Shown piece by piece: positions 9,088-16,591 of a stretch of DNA of 38,886 nucleotides. Position numbers and translations under genes: made by a program. Every line of letters begins with the position of its first letter. Position 1 is the stretch's first letter. This DNA comes from a virus (Duplodnaviria > Caudoviricetes), in IMG/VR virus record IMGVR_UViG_3300033125_000723, positions 1 to 38,886 of that record. One strand, given 5' to 3'. A model generated the notes under the pieces. That model was given only the letters and a program-made list of their open reading frames with translations. It was not told the origin of the DNA and did not search any database.

Positions 9088-9266
9088 AAACATATGAAGT
9101 TTGCTTGGATTGTGTAAAAGAATTACAAGACTTGAGATATAAACATAGATCATTGGCAATAATAAAGAATGGAGAATATGTTTATCGTTGCAAGAATAAT
9201 CCTCGATGTTTTGATAAACCTAAAAGAAGCGTAAGAGAAAATTTAGAACATGCTTGTGCTCAATAG
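9084..9266 (+). CDS. Small Cys-containing hypothetical protein
   Basis: 60-aa ORF with CLDC...C....C. Confidence 0.55.
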   Translation: MKTYEVCLDCVKELQDLRYKHRSLAIIKNGEYVYRCKNNPRCFDKPKRSVRENLEHACAQ

Positions 9267-9374
9267 ATATCCAGATGCTTATTTACAACAGTTCTTCCCT
9301 GTGTATTTTTTTTGATTTTTTAAACAATTTCTTTATGTTAGTAAACCTGTTTAACATCTATCATAAGGAATTGT

Positions 9375-9662
9375 ATGAAAAAACTTTTGTTACTCTCTTT
9401 GCTTGCACTCCCGGTCTGCGCAATGAAAAACAATACGGGTGAAAGTAAATACGAAAAGTACGCGGCACTTGCGGGTATTACCGCTGCTTCTTCGGTTATC
9501 GCGTCTCCCGCTACGGCAGCAATCGTAAAGGGCGGATGCCTGACGCTGGGGTGGCCGGTTGCCGTTGCGGTTGTTGGTGGTATATTAGTGGCCGACTATG
9601 CGCTCACCAAATCTGTTACTCATAATGATTATAAAATATCTGTATCAAAGGGCACAAAATGA
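9375..9662 (+). CDS. Signal-peptide, Ala/Gly-rich membrane protein
   Basis: AAGGA RBS; MKKLLLLSLLALPVCAM; two hydrophobic segments. Confidence 0.75.
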   Translation: MKKLLLLSLLALPVCAMKNNTGESKYEKYAALAGITAASSVIASPATAAIVKGGCLTLGWPVAVAVVGGILVADYALTKSVTHNDYKISVSKGTK

Positions 9663-10300
9663 AAAAACTCTTACTTATCTTACTCTTACCTCCGTTTATG
9701 TATGGCATGGAGGTTCCTAATCATGCTCTGATCACCAAAGAGCCGGTTAAACTTTTACATGATAAAACTCACTATTATGTCAGCGATGAAAACGCCTCGT
9801 ATCGCGTTGAAAACCACGAGGTCAGCCCGTTGCTCAAGCAGGTGTTAAAACGTAACGCATTGGCTGAATATAGCCGTTCATGCAAGATCAGAGTCAAGAA
9901 ACACAAAGATGGCACATACTCATTAATTGAGAAGGTACCGGGTAAGGGTGGTGGCCCTATTTTGGCAGGTCTCTTTTATGGGATTGTTAAAGTAGGTGCC
10001 TATGCAGGCATGGTAGCTATGGGTGTCGGCGCAGGTGCTGTTGTTACTGCCGCAAGTGGTGGTACTGCCGCAGCTCCTGTGGTAGCAGGAACTATAGTAC
10101 TGGCTAAAGGTGCCATTGGCGCTACAGCAGGAATGGCGGCCGTTGGTACTGCGGTTGCTACTACCAGTGCCGGTGCAGCGTTAGGAACGGGTACAGCAGC
10201 TTTAATAGCAACCAGTGGCGGAGTAGCCGGCTATCTTGCCACCGTAGAAGCAGCCGCTGCCTGGGCAGGCGCTGCGGGAATGGCCTGTGGTCCATTTTAA
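9659..10300 (+). CDS. Signal-peptide protein with long glycine-zipper hydrophobic C-terminus
   Basis: MKKLLLILLLPPFMYGME; after GKGGG follow about 115 almost uncharged Gly/Ala/Val/Thr residues. Confidence 0.75.
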   Translation: MKKLLLILLLPPFMYGMEVPNHALITKEPVKLLHDKTHYYVSDENASYRVENHEVSPLLKQVLKRNALAEYSRSCKIRVKKHKDGTYSLIEKVPGKGGGPILAGLFYGIVKVGAYAGMVAMGVGAGAVVTAASGGTAAAPVVAGTIVLAKGAIGATAGMAAVGTAVATTSAGAALGTGTAALIATSGGVAGYLATVEAAAAWAGAAGMACGPF

Positions 10301-10310
10301 GGGGATACTA

Positions 10311-10505
10311 ATGTTCACCAATGAACAAAGAAAGAAATGGTGCGAGGATGTGGGAACATTTACCATCATAATATGTGCACTTGAAGTGATCTTTCCGCTT
10401 ATCGGGATTGAGATGCAACTCATGAAAATTGAACATCTGGTCTTAGGATATGCAATAGGTACACTGGGTGTTGAGTTATTTAAACGGTATTATAACTCAC
10501 GATAG
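10311..10505 (+). CDS. Small two-TM membrane protein
   Basis: AAGGGG RBS before ATG 10311; two hydrophobic segments. Confidence 0.65.
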   Translation: MFTNEQRKKWCEDVGTFTIIICALEVIFPLIGIEMQLMKIEHLVLGYAIGTLGVELFKRYYNSR

Positions 10506-10542
10506 AATATATACGTGCGTTATTACTACTCAAAGCGTATAG

Positions 10543-10568
10543 CCCCCATGTAACAGTGGGGGATTTTT
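10543..10568 (+). terminator. Putative rho-independent terminator
   Basis: ccccca-tgtaacag-tggggg followed by attttt. Confidence 0.6.
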
Positions 10569-11046
10569 ATAAGGAATTAATATGTATAACTTTGGATTTT
10601 ATGTACTACAAACAGCGGCAAAACAACTTGAATGTGTTGCAAGCCAAAAGCAACTTTCTGTTTTGTATCCCTATCTACCCTATGCCTTGATACGTTTAAA
10701 TAATAACAAATTATTGCCAGTTAATAGGGCATATAAACCACTGGGTCTACTCCAAGCTGAATGGGTTGATTATGACAGTTTTGATTTTTGTGCCATTTCA
10801 GAAGACATAGTTGATTTGTCTGCTTTAAATAATGAATGTGGCCCCAGGAACTATTATTATTTTTATGAAGACGCAACATCACCCCGGCTTTCACAAAAAA
10901 ATATCAAGCGTTATGTCACTATCATAAAAAAAGCTTTAAAAATAAATTCTTTTAAATGTGAAGAAATACACAGCACTTCTGATTCTTATTTATGTTCTGA
11001 AAAATACTGTTGAACAAATTATGTCCATGTAACAGTGGGGGATTTT
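10546..11046 (+). repeat. Exact 22-bp direct repeat (10546-10567 and 11025-11046) bracketing gene 10582-11013
   Basis: ccatgtaacagtgggggatttt occurs twice. Confidence 0.95.
10582..11013 (+). CDS. AT-rich hypothetical protein (moron-like)
   Basis: AAGGA RBS; LPY...LLPVNRAYKPLG and YFYED motifs. Confidence 0.75.
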   Translation: MYNFGFYVLQTAAKQLECVASQKQLSVLYPYLPYALIRLNNNKLLPVNRAYKPLGLLQAEWVDYDSFDFCAISEDIVDLSALNNECGPRNYYYFYEDATSPRLSQKNIKRYVTIIKKALKINSFKCEEIHSTSDSYLCSEKYC

Positions 11047-11176
11047 ATTTTTATAAAATATTGAGTAGAGTAACACCGATATGTTTCACTATGTTGCATG
11101 TCGAATGCTTTTTTCCCCTATCGCTGTTGGTAGGGGTATTTACACAGACAAAAAAAACTCCTTTCCTCAATAAAAC

Positions 11177-11208
11177 AAAACCCCTTTCACGCAAGTGAGG
11201 GGGTTTTT
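11177..11208. terminator. Bidirectional terminator between convergent early operons
   Basis: aaaacccctttcac-GCAA-gtgagggggttttt. Confidence 0.8.
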
Positions 11209-11286
11209 ATTTCTCTAACAGATCATTTAACAGATAGATAAGAATACAGAAGTTTATGGCAGTAAAGCCAAAGATTACCCATAGGA

Positions 11287-11517
11287 TCATGTGATCTCCT
11301 CGGCACTCTCAACGATATCGTGCCAGTCTTTTTCATCAACAAGCCATGAGGCTTTATTCTTTTCTAGAAATATAAGTTTTTTTCTCGGGACATCCGGATG
11401 ATTGAACAGGCCTATGGTTATCAGTACCATAAGCCAGATCAAACAAAAGGAAACTAACAGACATAGTTTATCACAATTCATCTCGTCCTTTTTCTGGAGC
11501 CTTTTCAAGCTTACCAT
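11287..11517 (-). CDS. Small single-TM protein (start may be the internal Met of MNCDK)
   Basis: Hydrophobic LCLLVSFCLIWLMVLITIGLF segment. Confidence 0.55.
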   Translation of the reverse strand: MVSLKRLQKKDEMNCDKLCLLVSFCLIWLMVLITIGLFNHPDVPRKKLIFLEKNKASWLVDEKDWHDIVESAEEIT

Positions 11518-12367
11518 ATTTTTCTTCTACCGCAGACTTTATACAATTCTTAAAGTTTTGCATAGCCACATCATGCCCTACCAGCGCCGCAAAGTTTTTG
11601 AAATCATCAGTCTGCATGAAGTCATCTAAAATCTTTGCTTCCACAAAGGGATCACGCTTGGGTCTCTCAGGTTCAACCCAGGGCTTGTAGGCTGAGACAT
11701 TGCTTCTGTTCTTATCTGGTTTACTAAATTGTGGTTGTGCTTCATCGTCATACTTCATACTGCTCCTTTGTACCGTTACAAGACCCGATTCAAGCAAAGC
11801 GATTGCGTCGCGTTTACCAAAAATTTCTACAAACTCTAAAAACTCAGATTCAGTCATAACGTTATCAAACGCAATATCCCCTTCTTGCGGAGCAAAGTTT
11901 GTCTCGGGCCAGTCACGTTCAGCAAGTAAGTACGCAGCATCTTCGCTTCGTCCTTCCCGTTTTTGGAAGTTTGGAGGTGCTGCGATGTAACCCTTGGGCT
12001 CTTTCGGAGAAAAAGTCCTTCGCAGGGCCAGCATCTCACCCTGAGAAGCCTCTTCAAAATACAAAGCGTTTGAACATGCGTAAGCCAATTGTTCTGTAGG
12101 TGTTATATATACATTAGGGGAAATATTACTAGGGGCAACTTTTATATTGAGATAGAAGGATATTTCTTTTCTAAATGGAAATTCTCTACGAATAGCTTCT
12201 TTCTGTTTCTCACGTTGACGTTCTTTATAGCGTGGGGATTTACGATCATAGATTAAAGATCGTTGTTCTTTGGTAAGATTTGCTAATTGTTCTCTTGTTC
12301 TTCTCGGCGAAGAAGAAGATTTAGATTTTGCTTTACTTATGCGGTTTTCTTTGATATTATTTCTCAT
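11471..12367 (-). CDS. Hypothetical protein with very basic N-terminus (possibly replication-associated)
   Basis: 298-aa ORF downstream of ssb; no family recognised. Confidence 0.65.
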   Translation of the reverse strand: MRNNIKENRISKAKSKSSSSPRRTREQLANLTKEQRSLIYDRKSPRYKERQREKQKEAIRREFPFRKEISFYLNIKVAPSNISPNVYITPTEQLAYACSNALYFEEASQGEMLALRRTFSPKEPKGYIAAPPNFQKREGRSEDAAYLLAERDWPETNFAPQEGDIAFDNVMTESEFLEFVEIFGKRDAIALLESGLVTVQRSSMKYDDEAQPQFSKPDKNRSNVSAYKPWVEPERPKRDPFVEAKILDDFMQTDDFKNFAALVGHDVAMQNFKNCIKSAVEEKYGKLEKAPEKGRDEL

Positions 12368-12457
12368 TGTAACTCGTTATTCTTTCTTTAACTTGTTCGT
12401 GTAACCACTGCACATCGTCGGTCCGTCAAAAACTTCAGATGGTAGTTGGTAAAAATT

Positions 12458-12490
12458 AAAAGGCTCTAGGGTAAAACCTAGGGCTTTTTT
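12458..12490. terminator. Putative terminator hairpin
   Basis: aaaaggctctagg-gtaaaa-cctagggctttttt. Confidence 0.65.
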
Positions 12491-12519
12491 AATATTAGTT
12501 TCTGTCAATAGAGGCTATC

Positions 12520-12861
12520 TTACTCGGTTTTTTCTAATAATTCTATATCAATATCATCATCTTCTTGAAGATTCTTCATTGAAAGATTTGCTTTTCTGAT
12601 ATTAGTAGCCCACATCCATGCTGCAAATTCTTCTTTAGATAAAGGCTGATCACCCATTTTAAAAATCAAAGACATAATGGCTTTAGAAAATCCAACCAAT
12701 TCGCAGATGTATGATTCAATCCCCAGTCTTTTATCATAGTCCTGGGTTTCCTCATATATTTCTTTTAAAATCTGGATCTTTAATAAAAATTTCTCTGCAG
12801 TGATAAATAAAGACTTAAAGCATTTTTGTCCATACACGTTATAATACTTCACCCATTTCAT
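12520..12861 (-). CDS. AT-rich hypothetical protein
   Basis: 113-aa ORF with AAGG RBS. Confidence 0.65.
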   Translation of the reverse strand: MKWVKYYNVYGQKCFKSLFITAEKFLLKIQILKEIYEETQDYDKRLGIESYICELVGFSKAIMSLIFKMGDQPLSKEEFAAWMWATNIRKANLSMKNLQEDDDIDIELLEKTE

Positions 12862-12871
12862 TACTTAACCT

Positions 12872-13429
12872 TTAAAACGGTAACGGATCGCCATTTCTAT
12901 CGCCAAATGGATCATCATCAGAGTAGGCCTTGTTTCGTGGCTCCTGGTATTGATTTGGTTGCTCATAGGTGTTTACCTTCTTTTTGAGCAAAGGAGGAGC
13001 TTGTCGTGTCGGCTGAGGCTGTGCCGCAGGTCGTACCGCTTGGTATTCCAAGTTCTGTTTCTGAGTAGCAGGGGTAGTCTGTAACTTCTCAGGTAGAGGT
13101 GCAAGATTCTGCTGCTGCACCATGGCTTCCACCTTATAGGCATTGATCCAGGTTTGCCAGATTGCATTACCCTCTTCATCAACCTTCTTGGTATCCTTGT
13201 TGGTAAGGTTACCCTCAATGCGAATATTATCGCCCTTCTTAAAACGTTCAACGATGGCTTGAGCCGTAGTGCCTCGAGCAGAAATTGTTGCCGTATAGGT
13301 CAAATCCTGCATCGTCCCATCCTTCTTCTTAAAGGATCGGGAATTCTTAATGCGTATAAGTGTCGAGTTGAACTCAGTCAACTTAGGTTCCGAAAGCAAA
13401 ACGCCTTCAATGATAACTTTATTTTCCAT
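12872..13429 (-). CDS. ssb: Single-stranded DNA-binding protein
   Basis: NKVIIEG...EP, FKKGDNIRIEGNL OB-fold motifs, Q/P-rich linker, acidic DDDPF...DPLPF tail. Confidence 0.9.
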   Translation of the reverse strand: MENKVIIEGVLLSEPKLTEFNSTLIRIKNSRSFKKKDGTMQDLTYTATISARGTTAQAIVERFKKGDNIRIEGNLTNKDTKKVDEEGNAIWQTWINAYKVEAMVQQQNLAPLPEKLQTTPATQKQNLEYQAVRPAAQPQPTRQAPPLLKKKVNTYEQPNQYQEPRNKAYSDDDPFGDRNGDPLPF

Positions 13430-13607
13430 TCTTTTCCTCTAACCCTTCATAATCCTTAAAAAACTCTTTGAGCGCCTTATTTACTACCCAGCTCTTATTC
13501 AGCCGTATCTTGTCCATCGCATAGCGATCTTCTTGATATCTCTTGATATTCTCATCATTAGATATATCTATGTGTAACTGAAGTAATATAGTGTCTTTAT
13601 CAGTCAT
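13419..13607 (-). CDS. Ribbon-helix-helix-like small regulator
   Basis: Alternating strand LLQLHID and helix NKSWVVNKALKEFF; first gene of a divergent operon. Confidence 0.6.
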   Translation of the reverse strand: MTDKDTILLQLHIDISNDENIKRYQEDRYAMDKIRLNKSWVVNKALKEFFKDYEGLEEKNGK

Positions 13608-13616
13608 GTGATCCCC

Positions 13617-13682
13617 TTGTTATAATTGTTATAAGTTAATTATCGCATAATGTTTGACATATGTAAAGCAATATGTAATAAT
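13617..13682 (+). promoter_or_regulatory. Divergent control region: tandem 9-bp repeat (ttgttataa x2, 13617-13634) and sigma70-like promoter TTGACA-17-AATAAT
   Basis: TTGACA at 13654-13659; TGn-AATAAT at 13674-13682. Confidence 0.6.
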
Positions 13683-13718
13683 GGTGTTAGTTGTAATAAT
13701 AATACCTATGAGGATGTC

Positions 13719-14000
13719 ATGGAAGAAACAAAACAATCACAATGGCTTATCACGGCTCAGCTTTGCTATCAAATTCAACAAGAACGAAAAAGCTTAGAGC
13801 AAAAAGAAAAAGAACTGTTTGCACAACTTAAGGCGTTATCTGAGAATAAGACTCGTCATGAAGGTGGCTTCATCTACATGAAAGAGATGAGAGCAGGCTC
13901 TATCGAGTATGCGGCTATTGATATACTCAAGGACGTCAATTTAGAGCTGTTTAGAAAGCCATCAGTAGAAACGTGGAAATTAATACGAGTTGCTGAATAG
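13719..14000 (+). CDS. Small protein resembling the C-terminal extension of YqaJ-type phage exonucleases
   Basis: GAGGA RBS before ATG 13719; coiled coil then RAGSIEYAAIDILKDVNLELFRKPSVETWKL; no nuclease domain. Confidence 0.5.
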   Translation: MEETKQSQWLITAQLCYQIQQERKSLEQKEKELFAQLKALSENKTRHEGGFIYMKEMRAGSIEYAAIDILKDVNLELFRKPSVETWKLIRVAE

Positions 14001-14059
14001 TCACTGCTCGTACGGTCCCTGCTTTGGTTACTCAGGCAGGGGCCACAAAAAGGATAGAG

Positions 14060-15589
14060 ATGATTATAAAAATGTATTCTGCCGTTACTATCGGCATCGA
14101 TTCGCGTATCATACCCATAGAAATTGATTCTGAGTCCTTTGCTCATTTTGCCCTTTCAGTGATCGGGTTATCTGAGTATTTTGCGACACAGATGAAAAAG
14201 CGTATAGAGATCGCTTGTAAGAATAATGGTATTGAGCTGCCACCGCTTAAGATTACGGTCAACCTGGGTCAATTTCAGGGGGATAAGAGTGATATTATCA
14301 TTCTTGATCTACCCATAGCCCTGGGGATTCTTAAGATACTCAGAATGTTTGATGACCCCCAGTCTATTATTAATCACTCGGTCATTGTGGGTGAGCTGGG
14401 TCTTGATGGGGTTGTTCGTCCCATCAAGGGAGCATTGTCCATTGCTATAGAATGTGCTGCGCAAAAGAAGGCTTCTTTAATTGTGCCCATGGCCAACACC
14501 AAGGAAGTAGAGATTGTTGAAGGCATCGATATGTATGGGGTCTATTCGCTCAAGCAGATTCTTGATAATCAGGAGATAAAGAAGGTAGCGCGTGCTACCG
14601 CACCACGAAAGCCACAGATACACGCCAAAGACTTTAGTGAAGTGCGTGGCCAATCACTTGCTAAAAGAGCTATGGTTATCGCTGCGGCAGGTCATCATAA
14701 TATTATCTTTATGGGGCCACCAGGGTCGGGTAAGACCATGCTTGCCGAGCGGTTGTGTACCATCATGCCACCCATGTCCTATGAAGAGTCATTAGAGACA
14801 TCACGTGTCTATTCATCGATGGGATCGTTTCATGATCTGATTATTGAACGGCCTTACCGTTCTCCCCATCATACCACTACATTGCCGGGACTTTTGGGCG
14901 GTGGTATCAATCCCGCTCCGGGTGAGATATCGCTGGCCAATAACGGGATATTGTTTCTTGATGAGTTTACGGAGTTTACCCCAAAGGTATTAGAATCACT
15001 TCGGCAGCCGTTAGAATCCCATCAAGTGAAGATTATACGAAGATCCCAGACTATTACCTATCCTGCTAAATTCTTGCTGGTAGCTGCCTTCAATCCGTGT
15101 CCTTGTGGCTATGCGGGTGATACCAAAAGAAAGTGTGAGTGTTCACGATTATTGATCGCTCACTATCTTGCCAAGATCTCAGGGCCAATCTTAGATCGGA
15201 TTGATGTGCAGGTAGCCTTACGTGCGGTTGAGTATACCGAAATAGAAAGTAAGACCCCCGAGCTCTCATCACAGCAGATGGCGCTTATGGTCTCAAAAGC
15301 AACTCTCATGCAAAATAAGCGGTTTGGTGACAGGCCGATACGCAACGGAACGATGACTGTTGCAGATATAGAACTGTGTTGTACATTAACTCCATCAGCG
15401 CAAGAGCTTATCAAGAAAGCGTTTGATGTTTTAAAACTATCCATGCGGGGATACCATAAAGTATTGCGTATTGCCCGTACCATCGCTGATCTTGAAGAAA
15501 GTGACCTGATACAGGACCATCACATAAAAGAATCACTCACCTATCGCGCCCTTGATCAATCCATAGCCAAGTTAAAGCAGTATGAATAA
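14060..15589 (+). CDS. comM: ComM/YifB-family AAA+ ATPase (MCM-like hexameric helicase; 'Mg-chelatase-like')
   Basis: ITVNL, DLPIALGIL, GELGLDG.VRPI.G, Walker A GPPGSGKT, RPYRSPHHT, PGEISLANNGILFLDE, NPCPCG, SGPILDRID, SMRGYHKVLRIARTIADL; AAGGA RBS before ATG 14060. Confidence 0.95.
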   Translation: MIIKMYSAVTIGIDSRIIPIEIDSESFAHFALSVIGLSEYFATQMKKRIEIACKNNGIELPPLKITVNLGQFQGDKSDIIILDLPIALGILKILRMFDDPQSIINHSVIVGELGLDGVVRPIKGALSIAIECAAQKKASLIVPMANTKEVEIVEGIDMYGVYSLKQILDNQEIKKVARATAPRKPQIHAKDFSEVRGQSLAKRAMVIAAAGHHNIIFMGPPGSGKTMLAERLCTIMPPMSYEESLETSRVYSSMGSFHDLIIERPYRSPHHTTTLPGLLGGGINPAPGEISLANNGILFLDEFTEFTPKVLESLRQPLESHQVKIIRRSQTITYPAKFLLVAAFNPCPCGYAGDTKRKCECSRLLIAHYLAKISGPILDRIDVQVALRAVEYTEIESKTPELSSQQMALMVSKATLMQNKRFGDRPIRNGTMTVADIELCCTLTPSAQELIKKAFDVLKLSMRGYHKVLRIARTIADLEESDLIQDHHIKESLTYRALDQSIAKLKQYE

Positions 15590-16591
15590 CGAATACACAA
15601 TAAAATTTGTTCCAACTAAACAGCCAACTGCAAAGCATAACGGGCCTGCTCCATTTGGATATTGCTGGAAAAGTTATCCAGAAAAAAAAATTAAGGGGAA
15701 AAGAGTTAATCCGAGAGCAGAGATAATAATTGATGATAAAAAAGCAGTTATTTTACAAGATATTTTCCAATTATATGCTTTAAACTTATACAATTATATC
15801 TCGTTAGCTGATGAAATTAATAAAAAATATAAAACTCGTTTTTCTCATAAATATATAAAAAAAATTCTACATAATAAGTTTTACAATGGATATTTTTTAA
15901 ATGCATTACCACATGATTATCCCAAAATAGTACCAGATGAAATTTTTAAAAAAGTAGAAAAAATTCTAAAATTGAGAAAAAAATTTGGTACCAACAAAAT
16001 ATTGAAAAATAAATACAAATATCAGGGAGTATTGTCATGCTATTATTGCAATACAACTCTCTCAAGACAACTGCATAAAGGGAGATCAATTTATCGATGT
16101 CTTGGTTATAAAAATGTTTCAAAAAAAAATCATGCCAAAAAAAGCTTTCTTGAAAAAGAACTGGATTTAGAATTTAAATATTTTTTTAAAAAAATATTTT
16201 CTCAAAGCGATCTAAGGCATGCAATTCCTGATTCATTAAAAAAAGAGTCATTAAGCATCGAAGAAACACAAAAATTATTCAAAATGCTTTTTGAGCACAT
16301 TAGCATCGATAGCAATATGAATATTACCTATGTTTTATGGGATTTTAAAAATGATAATACCCTTACGGATGTTGCCGCTCAATCGCTAGAAAAACCCCAA
16401 AAAATAGTCGATGAAACTGCATCATTAGAGGAAAAGATCATTCACTTATCTGCAATCCCACAATCGATTGATTCATTGGCTGAATTGTTAAATAGACCAA
16501 TCTCAGATATACAAATTGCTCTAATAGACCTCGAGCTACAGGGAAAAATCGAACAACACATTGAGGGCTATTGGAAATCAGTATGAATAAC
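15578..16591 (+). repeat. 13-bp direct repeat cagtatgaataac (15578-15590 and 16579-16591) bracketing gene 15582-16586
   Basis: Exact match; each copy spans a stop/start junction. Confidence 0.85.
15582..16586 (+). CDS. Serine-recombinase DNA-binding domains (recombinase + Zn ribbon) fused to a DprA-type winged helix; no catalytic domain
   Basis: APFGY, ILHNKFYNG, PKIVPDEIFKKV, YQGVLSCYYC..YRC; C-terminus PQSIDSLAELLNRPISDIQIALIDLELQGKIEQHIEGYW. Confidence 0.8.
   Translation: MNNEYTIKFVPTKQPTAKHNGPAPFGYCWKSYPEKKIKGKRVNPRAEIIIDDKKAVILQDIFQLYALNLYNYISLADEINKKYKTRFSHKYIKKILHNKFYNGYFLNALPHDYPKIVPDEIFKKVEKILKLRKKFGTNKILKNKYKYQGVLSCYYCNTTLSRQLHKGRSIYRCLGYKNVSKKNHAKKSFLEKELDLEFKYFFKKIFSQSDLRHAIPDSLKKESLSIEETQKLFKMLFEHISIDSNMNITYVLWDFKNDNTLTDVAAQSLEKPQKIVDETASLEEKIIHLSAIPQSIDSLAELLNRPISDIQIALIDLELQGKIEQHIEGYWKSV

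Noticed and set aside
12368-12460. Frameshifted N-terminal extension of the 298-aa protein
   Set aside because: The short upstream frames close with stops and show no convincing motif; cannot be supported without homologues
14060-15589. Magnesium chelatase / photosynthesis auxiliary gene
   Set aside because: The Lon-like N-terminus, HHT and CPCG motifs identify ComM/YifB; 'Mg chelatase' is only a domain label
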